64,000 nt of DNA. Origin: a virus. Its lineage: Duplodnaviria > Caudoviricetes. The notes beneath the pieces were generated by a model that searched no databases, was not told the DNA's origin, and worked only from the letters and a program-made list of their open reading frames with translations. The position numbers were made by a program, and so were the translations under genes. The stretch lies in the IMG/VR virus record IMGVR_UViG_3300048583_000043, positions 343-64,342 of that record; one strand, 5' to 3'. Positions within the stretch are counted from its first letter, which is position 1, and every line of letters begins with the position of its first letter. Shown here in pieces: positions 20,922 through 29,980 of the stretch.

Positions 20922-21297
20922 TAGCACCTTTCATTAAGCGTTCTTGTTTAGTCTTTTCATTATGGCATGAAGAACACAGAACTTGCAAATTCTCTTCTTC
21001 ACAGTATAACCTGTTTACAAAATCATCCCATCCACTAAACCCTGTAACAGGGTCTACAACAGGGATACGATGATCTACAAAGACATTCTTTTTTCTTTTC
21101 CCATCAACAATAATACTGTTAGTCACTGTTTCTTTACAACCATTGCAAAGATAGTATCCACGAGATACACGGGCTTTTTTTAATGTCTCTGATATTGGCT
21201 TCCAAAATCTAGAAGCCCTCCTTAAATGCCCTTTGACAAAAGCTACAAATTGGGCTTCGGTCATTGTATTAGAAGATCTAGTCTTCTCTTTTGTCAA
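20908..21297 (-). CDS. Zn-binding HNH endonuclease (possible resolvase role)
   Basis: CNGC...VDHRIPV...NLQVLCSSCHNEKT. Confidence 0.8.
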   Translation of the reverse strand: MTKEKTRSSNTMTEAQFVAFVKGHLRRASRFWKPISETLKKARVSRGYYLCNGCKETVTNSIIVDGKRKKNVFVDHRIPVVDPVTGFSGWDDFVNRLYCEEENLQVLCSSCHNEKTKQERLMKGANEQS

Positions 21298-21476
21298 AAC
21301 AAGTCTTTACGAACCGAAGGAGAAACATAAAAAGGGCTTTGTGTAACCACTGTGTACATTTTCTTTTCTTTTAATGCAAAGAGGATTTCTGCAAGAGACT
21401 CAATAGAATGAGTTTCTTTGTTCCAACTATTTAAAAGCATGGTTAAGTCTTGTAAGTCTAAGTTTTTTAAGTTCAT
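21294..21476 (-). CDS. Hypothetical protein
   Basis: ATGA-coupled ORF. Confidence 0.5.
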   Translation of the reverse strand: MNLKNLDLQDLTMLLNSWNKETHSIESLAEILFALKEKKMYTVVTQSPFYVSPSVRKDLF

Positions 21477-22117
21477 AACACTCTTTCCATTTTATCAAAA
21501 TCAAAATCAACCCAATCTAGTTCTCCTAGACATTGGAAGGTAGTTCCGTTAATCTTTTGCGTTTTGGTTTTATGCCAATGACCAAAGAACCAATATTTAG
21601 GCTGATGAAGACGAAAGATTTTTTCTAAACGATAACCAGTTCGTGTAATCACCGGACCACCAAATTCAGGGTTGTGTAGCCCCATAGCAATTGGAACAGT
21701 GTGTGGGGCATCATGAGAGATGATTACTTGAGGTTTATTTTTATAAACAATTTCCTCAATTTCGTCAAACTCATTTTGAGATAATTCTTCGTTAAACCAC
21801 CAAGTTTCCTTTTCCCTGCGATGAAAATAGTCAATGGACCAAGCTCCGCTAATGTAAACAAGAGATTGACTTTCAATATAACCTTTTCTACCTAAAAAGT
21901 TTGGAAAATCATCTTGACAAATCCTAGGGGCATCGTGATTTCCATGAATAAATTTATGAGAGGGTTTTTCATCAAATTCATACATAAGCGTGTGATCTTT
22001 TTCGGCATCAAATCCTACACCCATATCTCCTAATTGGATTGAGGAATCTGAGTGTTCAATTAGATTTAGATATTGCCTGTACAACCCATGAACATCACCA
22101 ATAATTCTAGTGATCAT
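21473..22117 (-). CDS. Calcineurin-like metallophosphoesterase
   Basis: IGDVHG, LGDMG, GNHD, SHDAP, FGHWH. Probable start MITRII. Confidence 0.9.
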   Translation of the reverse strand: MITRIIGDVHGLYRQYLNLIEHSDSSIQLGDMGVGFDAEKDHTLMYEFDEKPSHKFIHGNHDAPRICQDDFPNFLGRKGYIESQSLVYISGAWSIDYFHRREKETWWFNEELSQNEFDEIEEIVYKNKPQVIISHDAPHTVPIAMGLHNPEFGGPVITRTGYRLEKIFRLHQPKYWFFGHWHKTKTQKINGTTFQCLGELDWVDFDFDKMERVL

Positions 22118-22295
22118 TTCCGGTCCCTTTTTCTGACACGTAATTTTGCCAGAAATCTTTGATGTGTTGTGGCACTTCATCATAAGTAGAAATAATCTCT
22201 ACAAACCTTTTAAGAGAAATCCTACGCTGCTCTTTAAGGGCATGAATCTCTCCATAACGTTCTTTAATATATTCAGTGGCAATTTTATTGCTCAT
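22107..22295 (-). CDS. Hypothetical protein
   Basis: Coupled ORF. Confidence 0.5.
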   Translation of the reverse strand: MSNKIATEYIKERYGEIHALKEQRRISLKRFVEIISTYDEVPQHIKDFWQNYVSEKGTGNDH

Positions 22296-23641
22296 CGTTT
22301 TTAGGCACCTTCCATTTTACATAACCGTTGTCATCTTTTTCTCTAATCATCCACATTAAATCTGCTTGTTCTCTAAAAACATCTTGCCAATTGTCTTGAT
22401 AAAAATTAACATACAACTCAGCTACAGATTCATAACATTCTCTAGATGATTCGCAATCTTTTAACCTAGTGTAGGCGAAAGCAGCGCCACGTCCTTTTAA
22501 ACCTCCTACATTATCTACAGAGTCTCCCATGATCATTTGGGCATAGAAAAATTTATCTCCTGTTCCAAATAACTTTTTAGGAGATTTAAGATCTAGAGTG
22601 CCTAAGGGTTCTACAAATATAGGGCCAATTGAGGCTTGTTTTCCACATTCCCACGAATAGTGCCATCCTGGGCATTGTCTCACATCTTTATCTCTAGAAC
22701 AAATTATAGTCTCTTTAAAAGGTTTTACATAAGGTGGCTCAAAGTTTAACCTAGCAAATTCTTTAAAATAAGTTTTTGCTGCTGTATCGTAAGCAAGGGC
22801 AGCTTCTTCGATGTTGAGGAAGTTACCTAAAAATAAAAGTTTATTATCAACCCTTATAGAAGATTCCCATTTATTTTTTCCAGAGTGCCAAGATACGCCT
22901 TTATAACCAGATTTAGAATTTTTTTGTCCTGCGCTATTATGCCTATTTTGTTGTTCTGTGCAGATGCGAAGGTTGTATTTTCTGTTATCTAATTTATCAC
23001 CATTAATATGATCGACTACATAACCTTGTGGATCTCCTAAAATAAGACGATGAAGAGCAGTAACCTTACGAGTTTCGTTTCTTCCTGTATCATTGACTAA
23101 ATATCCATTTGACAATGACCAATTTATAGAAGAATATTTTAGCCAGTCTTCATAGTCTATGAGAAAGTGTCCCCCACTAAAAGGAACTTTTACACCATAT
23201 TCTTTAGCTGTGTCAATTTGATACACACAAAGAGCATCGTCTGCTTCAATACCCTCTTCATTTACTACAACATTGTAATTAGTCATTGCATGGGTGATAA
23301 GGTTTTTGAAGTGGAAGGGTTTGGTGGTTTTTCTATTTCCTTTGTAATCTTTTTGTTTTGCTGCTTCAAACCTAAAATTGTCTACAAAGGGAACAGGGGG
23401 TTTTTCTTCCCGCTGTCTGTTTTTATTCAGAACAGAATTAATGTATTTGGTGTTTGTCATGAAAAGGAGGGGGGCTTGTGTCCCCCCTACCTCATCACAA
23501 ATTTGAGCAATACGATTATCAAATAACTCTTTACAAAAATCCCATTCTGATACGTCTAATTGTCCATCCACGGTTTTTTCTGACGAAAAACCAATCTCGT
23601 AAAGAAGGACATCAACAGTCTACCAATGGCGTCATCGTCAT
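22285..23641 (-). CDS. T7 gp6-like 5'-3' exonuclease with an in-frame HNH-AP2 insertion and an apparent +1 frameshift near the start
   Basis: NFR...YKGNR, EADD, ICSRDKD and GDSVDNVGGLKGRG motifs. The N-terminus MTMTPLVDC/DVLLYEIGF is split by one extra base at ~23,614. Confidence 0.85.
22735..23202 (-). mobile_element. HNH-AP2 homing endonuclease domain inserted in frame in the exonuclease
   Basis: FLIDYED...LHRLILG...VDHINGDKLDNRKYNLR...SGYKGVSW...EEAALAYDTAAKTYFKEFARLNF lies between EADD and ICSRDKD. Confidence 0.85.
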
Positions 23642-23778
23642 TGTTCACCTCCATTTCTTTCGTACCCGGTTAGCCAAGACCAATTATATCCACGTTGAAT
23701 ACGAAAAATGGCGTGGTTGGTCACTTTAAAACCTTTTACAGGTCTCCATTCTTCATCAGTATCAATGAGAGGGGTCAA
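23638..23778 (-). pseudogene. Internally deleted NUMOD4-HNH homing endonuclease remnant (46 aa)
   Basis: My translation: MTPLIDTDEEWRPVKGFKVTNHAIFRIQRGYNWSWLTGYERNGGEQ. A NUMOD4-like start (EEWRPVKGF) is joined directly to an HTH-like end (I..I.RG..W..LTG). Confidence 0.65.
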
Positions 23779-23796
23779 ATGTTTTTGCTCCAAAAA

Positions 23797-24456
23797 CTAC
23801 CATTCTTTTTCATCGTCTTTTAACACCTCTTCTTTTGTTTCTCCAAGGGCCATTTGCAGAGCACTACCCGGATAGTCTACAGCCTTCTTAATTTTGTTCT
23901 GTAGCCATTCAGGGAATGTGTTAAACACTTCTACATTAGGTTGGTAGAAGTCAAAAGTGATGGCAGGGTTTTTAAGCTCTACAGCCTTCTGTGCATCTTT
24001 AGGACGCATGGCTGTAACATCACTAACACGATCATAAATACGATCAACATCAGGACGTTTATCAGGACTATTGATCACAGTGACTACACAGGGTGCGCCT
24101 AGTAGTTGCGACCAATCTCCTTTGTGTTTGCCCTCAGCATCAAGGGCATAGTAACGTGCTGTAGATTTAGCCTTGTCTGCTTTTAGTGACAGGAAGGTGA
24201 AATTTTCACTGATCCAACGTGGTTTGGTCTCATCAGGTTCACCATCTTCACCGGGCATGAACTCATCAAGAAGTTCGTAGGTGAGGTCAACCTCTAGAGC
24301 AGGAGGCTTCTCTTGCCCCTTGTAGGGGCGCTGTGGCTGTGTTCCTAGGAGGACAATACGAACCAGACGGGCTGGATAGGCTCCCGGAGGAATGTTGGGA
24401 GCAGGGGGTCGGTTGGAGGCAGGGCTTGGGAGTTTTGATGCGTTTAATCCGAGCAT
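23797..24456 (-). CDS. Putative single-stranded DNA-binding protein
   Basis: GAYPARLVRIVLLGTQ...TYEL...PRWISE OB-fold-like pattern, acidic tail ending in an aromatic residue (DDEKEW), located between polymerase and exonuclease. Confidence 0.6.
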   Translation of the reverse strand: MLGLNASKLPSPASNRPPAPNIPPGAYPARLVRIVLLGTQPQRPYKGQEKPPALEVDLTYELLDEFMPGEDGEPDETKPRWISENFTFLSLKADKAKSTARYYALDAEGKHKGDWSQLLGAPCVVTVINSPDKRPDVDRIYDRVSDVTAMRPKDAQKAVELKNPAITFDFYQPNVEVFNTFPEWLQNKIKKAVDYPGSALQMALGETKEEVLKDDEKEW

Positions 24457-24464
24457 ATGTTTCC

Positions 24465-25061
24465 TTAATTATTCATTTCATTGTTGTAAGCTTCTAAAGC
24501 TTCTTGTTCTGTGTTAAATCTTCCTATAAAAATATGTTTTTTATTTCTTTTAATTTGAGCCAGCCACTTATTTCTCCTCTTGTCCCAAGAAACTCCTTTA
24601 TGACTTGAAGAATAGAAAACTGGTCTTACAACCTCTGTAACACCTGTAATGTCTTTCCACCTAAAACCGGACCTGATGTTTGAGACTGTTTGAGGAGATA
24701 TGTTATATTTTTTAGAAATCTCTCTGCCTGTTAGAAGAGGCAAGTCTTTTAACAATTCTAAAAGGTCTTCGTCTTTTAAAATTCTATTACCTTTTCTACT
24801 GTTTTCGCCTCTTGACAAGAGTTGGAGATTATTAATCTTATTATTTGTTTTGTCCCCGTCAATATGGTCTACAGTCATTTTAGGAGGAATTGGTCCTTTA
24901 AAGAACTCCCAAATAAACCTGTGTAACAAAGTTTGATTGGGTTTTCCGTAACCTTCGGAAAGAGATACACAAAGATAGCCACTTTTTTTAGGAAAACTTT
25001 TTAAAATTTTCCCCCTATGTCCTATAACTTTTCCACATAATGTTGCTGAGTAATTACCCAT
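24465..25061 (-). CDS. HNH homing endonuclease with HTH and AP2-like domains
   Basis: LHRFIWEFFKGPIP..MTVDHIDGDKTNNKINNLQLLSRGEN; SSHKGVSWDKRRNKWLAQI. Confidence 0.88.
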   Translation of the reverse strand: MGNYSATLCGKVIGHRGKILKSFPKKSGYLCVSLSEGYGKPNQTLLHRFIWEFFKGPIPPKMTVDHIDGDKTNNKINNLQLLSRGENSRKGNRILKDEDLLELLKDLPLLTGREISKKYNISPQTVSNIRSGFRWKDITGVTEVVRPVFYSSSHKGVSWDKRRNKWLAQIKRNKKHIFIGRFNTEQEALEAYNNEMNN

Positions 25062-26895
25062 GAATCTCCGAATAACGATGACCTGTGTGAGAATCTATTT
25101 TTAGTGTCACATTAAGTTTCAATTTTTTATTGACAGTGTCAATGGCCTGTTCTTGCTTAATTTTTACATCTTCTACCTTATTTTCTGAGACTCTCAAAAT
25201 AATTTCGTCATGAAAACTGGCGATAAGTTTTAATCCAAGTCTTCTACATTCCCTCACCCATGAATCAAAGCAATAAACACCTGTGCCTTGATTAAGGGTG
25301 GAGAATACATCCTTCATGTAACGAAGGGAATACCAGAATTTACTAACTGGATTGAACAGCCACATCTGTCCTTCGACAGTTTTAACCGTGGCTTCTTCGA
25401 CAATCTTCTTGACAGCCCAATTTCTTTTCCAATAAACATCAAGAAGAAGGGCTGCATCTGAAACAGATGTTTTGAGTTCTCTGGCCAGTTTGGCTTTACC
25501 AACACCGTACAAAGCAGAATAATTAACTACTTTGTAAGGCTTTCTAATTTTACCAAAATCTGCTTCACCTTTCTTATGAGCGATCATTTGATCTTTAGTG
25601 ATCTTCTTATGGATCACTGCAAGATCAAGATGGGGATCATAAAAGGGATCTTCCATGTCCCTCACATAATCTGGGTCATGGAAGTAAATGTAGTGTTTCT
25701 TTGTAGTGTCTTCAAGAGACACCATATCAGTTCCTACAAGAACTGTTCCTTCATCTGCCACAAGGCAGCCTCTGATTTCCAAGCCATAAGGCTTGTCTAC
25801 ACCTGGGAGATTTACAATCTCTGTGTGTTTAAATCTTAATGTATTTGTTAGCCCATGAACACGGGCTTTCACATAACCATTGTTTGCGTTAGTTAAGAAT
25901 CCCTTGAGGATTCCGAGTCTATGCTGAATAACTGACACCCCCTGTAGTTCAAGGATTTCTGGGGTGGTATCAGCCAAAGCCAGAACAGAAGGGCAAATGT
26001 CGGGGCTGTTAGGGATTTTGACCTGTGGGATTTTTCTTTCTGATCCATCATCCTCTTTTTCATATTTGAATGTTTGAGGAACCCATCCCAATTTAAACAA
26101 CCAATTCTTAATTTGAACAGGGCTTGATGGGTTGGGTTCTTCAATAGTGTCTAGAACATATATAGGTGCTGAATGGTCTTTTGTCAAGCCCTGTTCAGAT
26201 AAATAATTTTGCCATTTAGCACCTTCTACAGATAATGTGCCATCTTTCTTAAAAGGCTTCGCAGGTTTTTCCTTAACTTTATATTTTTCTACATTAGGCA
26301 TGGCACTCTTAAGACTAGCTAATTTAGGAACAAGTTCGTCTTCTAAGCGTTTATAAGCCTCTTGACACCAATCAACATCTAATTTCCAACCTTGCTCTTC
26401 CTGCTCTCTGGCACATTTAGCCTTAAATGTCAGATAGTCGATAATAGGAAGATCTTGTGCATCGTTTGTTTCATAAATACGAGACAACAATGCTACTTGT
26501 TTTTTCCACAATTGATTGTTAATTTTAACATCTTCTTCGCATCGAAAAATGTAATCTTCCAAAGGCAGGTCTTGCCAATTAACAATCTTAGGTTTTGGGA
26601 TGTGGAATGTTTCTCCCCAAGATTCTAAGCCATGAAAAGGTCTCTCAGGATAGAGATACCAAGAAAGGTACAGAGTGTCTATCAAACGTGCTTTTATCTT
26701 GACACCTAGTAATCTTTCTAAACTAGGAATGTCGTAGCTAACAATATTATGACCAATGAGGGTGGATTGTTTTGATAACCAATCCTTCATGGAAGCATAA
26801 TCTGTTAAGGTTTTTGGTCCTGTTTCGTCATAGAAAGAAAGGCAATGTATTTTAGTTGGAAAAAGACCATCGGTCTCAATGTCAAAAACTGCCAT
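25054..26895 (-). CDS. polA: DNA polymerase family A with 3'-5' exonuclease
   Basis: VFDIETDG, GHNIVSYD; motif A GTDMVSLE; motif B RKPYKVVNYSALYG (Tyr at the E. coli 762-equivalent position, T7-like); motif C FHDE. Confidence 0.93.
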   Translation of the reverse strand: MAVFDIETDGLFPTKIHCLSFYDETGPKTLTDYASMKDWLSKQSTLIGHNIVSYDIPSLERLLGVKIKARLIDTLYLSWYLYPERPFHGLESWGETFHIPKPKIVNWQDLPLEDYIFRCEEDVKINNQLWKKQVALLSRIYETNDAQDLPIIDYLTFKAKCAREQEEQGWKLDVDWCQEAYKRLEDELVPKLASLKSAMPNVEKYKVKEKPAKPFKKDGTLSVEGAKWQNYLSEQGLTKDHSAPIYVLDTIEEPNPSSPVQIKNWLFKLGWVPQTFKYEKEDDGSERKIPQVKIPNSPDICPSVLALADTTPEILELQGVSVIQHRLGILKGFLTNANNGYVKARVHGLTNTLRFKHTEIVNLPGVDKPYGLEIRGCLVADEGTVLVGTDMVSLEDTTKKHYIYFHDPDYVRDMEDPFYDPHLDLAVIHKKITKDQMIAHKKGEADFGKIRKPYKVVNYSALYGVGKAKLARELKTSVSDAALLLDVYWKRNWAVKKIVEEATVKTVEGQMWLFNPVSKFWYSLRYMKDVFSTLNQGTGVYCFDSWVRECRRLGLKLIASFHDEIILRVSENKVEDVKIKQEQAIDTVNKKLKLNVTLKIDSHTGHRYSEIHG

Positions 26896-26896
26896 G

Positions 26897-27334
26897 TCAT
26901 GTAATATCTTTCCTAAATCGTCTTACAATTTGACGAACATTCGATTGCTTAATTTCAAACATCTTAGCAGTTTCTTGGTATGTATACCCCATTACTAATT
27001 TTGCAAACAAGATTTTTTTATGAAAAGGTGAGAAATTTGTTTCTTGAATGTTTTCTTGGAGAGAGACCTCTTCATAAGGAGCGTCTGCAAAATCATTATG
27101 AACGAAAAAGTTTTCTTTTTTCTTGATTCTAAACCAATCCCAAATCTGAGACATTAGTATAGACAAGAACCAATTTTGCATTGACCCTTTCTTTGAGGAG
27201 AAGGATTTTGATCTGATAAGGGCTTTACAAAAAGCATTGTGTAAAACATCTTCATATGAAGGGTCTTTAACATATTTTTTAACAATACTAAGATATTGAT
27301 TTTTGTTTTGTCTGTATAGATTTTCTAGAGACAT
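26897..27334 (-). CDS. ECF-like RNA polymerase sigma factor
   Basis: Region 2 (EDVLHNAFCKAL...F....GSMQNWFLSI....WDWFR) and region 4 (GYTYQETAKMFEIKQSNVRQIVRR). Confidence 0.78.
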   Translation of the reverse strand: MSLENLYRQNKNQYLSIVKKYVKDPSYEDVLHNAFCKALIRSKSFSSKKGSMQNWFLSILMSQIWDWFRIKKKENFFVHNDFADAPYEEVSLQENIQETNFSPFHKKILFAKLVMGYTYQETAKMFEIKQSNVRQIVRRFRKDIT

Positions 27335-27645
27335 TCTTCTTCTTTCTCATAAAACCATTTTACAGGTTTTTTCTTGTAAAGCCACCAATCAAAAATGGTT
27401 TTAAAGATTGGATATTTTTGACGCAGCTCATCTTGATGAGGGCCTTCGTAAGGAAAGTCAGAAAAAGCCACTGTAATTTTTATACGATCTTCTTCGTTAG
27501 TCGTTATAAGAGAGGAGGCTGTTCCCCAACCAAAAGCTATGTTTAATCTGTCCTGGCTTAATATCTCAAAAGGTGTGGTGTCAAGATAACCGATAGCTTT
27601 AATATACTTAGCAAAGAACTCTGTTAAGATTTGTTGATCATTCAT
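27325..27645 (-). CDS. Hypothetical protein ending FYEKEEECL
   Basis: Coupled ORF carrying the shared C-terminal motif. Confidence 0.6.
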   Translation of the reverse strand: MNDQQILTEFFAKYIKAIGYLDTTPFEILSQDRLNIAFGWGTASSLITTNEEDRIKITVAFSDFPYEGPHQDELRQKYPIFKTIFDWWLYKKKPVKWFYEKEEECL

Positions 27646-28010
27646 AGCATCTCTTCTTCTTTTTCATAATACCGAGGACTAAAATCCTTTCCTCCCCATA
27701 CAAGAGCAATATCACGCATAAACGAAGGAATGTCTGATACTCTAAAATACACATTAACATAAGGGTTTGTTTTCCAATCTGGATCATCCCTCATGTATTC
27801 AAAAATTTTACGATGTTGAGACGTATGTTTACAAATGTGTAATTCAAGAAATGTATCCCAGATAAAAGCTTTATTAATATTTGTTTCTTGAAAAATACGA
27901 GAGACACTTCTTGGCATAGAAGGACATTTATCTTTGGCTATTACTAAATCACAATATTTTTGAAAGTAGGGTGTAAGCCTCTCTTTGGCTTTTTCAACAT
28001 TAGGCTTCAT
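27642..28010 (-). CDS. Hypothetical protein ending YYEKEEEML
   Basis: Probable start MKPNVEK overlapping the helicase stop; carries the shared C-terminal motif. Confidence 0.6.
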   Translation of the reverse strand: MKPNVEKAKERLTPYFQKYCDLVIAKDKCPSMPRSVSRIFQETNINKAFIWDTFLELHICKHTSQHRKIFEYMRDDPDWKTNPYVNVYFRVSDIPSFMRDIALVWGGKDFSPRYYEKEEEML

Positions 28011-29700
28011 AGTATTTTCCAGTTTTATCGTTATAAAAAATGGGAAAGCTCTCACTAAGTCCAAATTCTCTATCTTCGAGAATAGTCAGCCAACGCATAT
28101 TTCTCACTTCCTTTTCTAATTCAGTGTCCTTATTACCTTCTAAGCCAAGCATCATGTTGCAACTTCTCATCATAGAACGTGAGCCAGCAAATTGATTAGA
28201 AAGAACATCTCCTCCCATCTCATGAGGGCAATTACCAAGCCGATGAAACTTTCCTTGTTTGTACTTATTTAGTCTTTGGTCCGCAGAAATGTTTCCTTCT
28301 GGCGCTTTAAGATGACAGAAAATGAAAACGGCAAGATTATGATCTAGTGCCATTCTTGACAAGTCTTGTGAAATTTCTTGAAGCATGGTGTTGGTTGAAG
28401 CCGCATCAATACCATTGGTAAGGTTGGTAATAGGGTCGATGAAAACAGCTTTTGCTCCCCAGTTGGCAGCTTCTACAATATCTTTTTTGAGGCTCTCCCA
28501 ACCAATGTGTTGGTAGAGATTAACCAAGGCAAGATTGTCTTTTAGCACTTCTCCTGCACGGTCGTAGGCTTTTTCATCAAATTCAATTTTAGGGTCGTGG
28601 AAGATTTTTTCTACAACCTGACCAGCCAAGAGTTTGTATGTTTTAGAATTAGATTCTTCAGGGGAAGCCATAAAGATTTTAGAACGATTTTGTTCAATAA
28701 TGTGGGTGGCAATTTGGTTACGTAGTGTAGTCTTGCCCATCTTCACGCCGCTACCAAGATAGTAGGTTTCTCCTAACCTAATACCTCTTGTGGCGTCATT
28801 CATGGCAGGAAATGGCCAAGACAACTCCCCAAATTTGGCAGGGGCCCGGGCTTCATAATGAAGGGTGCTACCAAATACAAGGCTTGTATTCTTAGGTTTG
28901 GACGCTGAGAAAAAAGCATTGAACAGGGCCTTGCCTTGGCCATTTACTAGGCATTCATTTGCATCTTTAGAAGGAAGCGTAACAGACAGTGCCTTAGGGA
29001 TGATAGACATGGCATTTTCAACAGCCGTTTGTCCTGCTTTGTCATTATCAAAGCAGAGAATAACTTCTTTGAAAAACTTATTGATTTCTTCTGAGTGTTT
29101 TTGTAAAACACCTTTTGCACTGCCTGCTCCATGTGGAAGGGACACTACGGCAGGTTGATACTCCTCTTTCCCGTAAAGTTGGTATACACGTCTAACAGAG
29201 GCCATGTCTTCTGGGCCTTCTGTGATAATTAAACGATAAGCCCCTGATCCTTTAGCCTGCACCCAATTGAGCAGGTCTGCCCCTCGGGTATCTCCTACGG
29301 AGAAAGGTGCAAACTGTTTGTTTAAACTTTTTACATGATACCCTGTGAGAGTGCCATCTTTTGTTACGGGCCAATAGATGGCAGTGGGTGTAACACCATC
29401 TGTCTCTGACATACTTGTTTTGGCCCCAAAAGAATCTAAAACATCAGCTCGAAGCTTTCTCTCAGGAACATCTGTGACAGGATAGGTTTGAACCTCTGCG
29501 ATTTCAGCCTGAATATCTTCAGAAGTTTTTTCTTTTCTTTTTGGGATGTCAAGTTTTACATCTTCTCCGTAAGGATGTTTTACAAATGTCCCACAAGAAA
29601 AACAATAACCAGTGATTGTGTCATCGTCATTAGAAAAAACTTTTAGCCCCTTTTTAGTTCCACAAGAATGTGGTAAGGCATCAATTTGTCTGCCCGTCAT
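28000..29700 (-). CDS. Primase-helicase (T7 gp4-like)
   Basis: Zn finger (H.CG...YCFSC), TOPRIM (ITEGPED, CFDNDKAG) and DnaB-like motifs (GSGVKMGKT, FIDP, FCHL, FAGSR). Confidence 0.93.
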   Translation of the reverse strand: MTGRQIDALPHSCGTKKGLKVFSNDDDTITGYCFSCGTFVKHPYGEDVKLDIPKRKEKTSEDIQAEIAEVQTYPVTDVPERKLRADVLDSFGAKTSMSETDGVTPTAIYWPVTKDGTLTGYHVKSLNKQFAPFSVGDTRGADLLNWVQAKGSGAYRLIITEGPEDMASVRRVYQLYGKEEYQPAVVSLPHGAGSAKGVLQKHSEEINKFFKEVILCFDNDKAGQTAVENAMSIIPKALSVTLPSKDANECLVNGQGKALFNAFFSASKPKNTSLVFGSTLHYEARAPAKFGELSWPFPAMNDATRGIRLGETYYLGSGVKMGKTTLRNQIATHIIEQNRSKIFMASPEESNSKTYKLLAGQVVEKIFHDPKIEFDEKAYDRAGEVLKDNLALVNLYQHIGWESLKKDIVEAANWGAKAVFIDPITNLTNGIDAASTNTMLQEISQDLSRMALDHNLAVFIFCHLKAPEGNISADQRLNKYKQGKFHRLGNCPHEMGGDVLSNQFAGSRSMMRSCNMMLGLEGNKDTELEKEVRNMRWLTILEDREFGLSESFPIFYNDKTGKYYEA

Positions 29701-29701
29701 A

Positions 29702-29959
29702 TCACTCCTTTAAAAAATATTCTTCATCATCTGTAAAATAATATTTAATCTGAAAACACAAATCAAATCTTTCTTTTGATACGGAAAACAAATGCGTTTC
29801 TTTTCCTGTTTTACCTAAAACATAGACATGACATTTATGCATCATTAGAGAGTTTTTCATAACATACTCTCTTTTTACCCCCTCGCTGTAGTCTCTGTAA
29901 ACAGTATAACTGTAAGGTAGTAAATGAATAGGGCATAATCTTTTTAGTGTGTAGTTCAT
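29702..29959 (-). CDS. Hypothetical protein ending YFTDDEEYFLKE
   Basis: ORF in the operon with a variant of the shared C-terminal motif. Confidence 0.55.
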   Translation of the reverse strand: MNYTLKRLCPIHLLPYSYTVYRDYSEGVKREYVMKNSLMMHKCHVYVLGKTGKETHLFSVSKERFDLCFQIKYYFTDDEEYFLKE

Positions 29960-29980
29960 ATAATGCTCTTTTCTCGTTTG

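Noticed and set aside
22735-23202. Intein interpretation of the exonuclease insertion
   Set aside because: No Hint blocks and no terminal His-Asn followed by Cys/Ser/Thr; the insert is almost entirely HNH-AP2.
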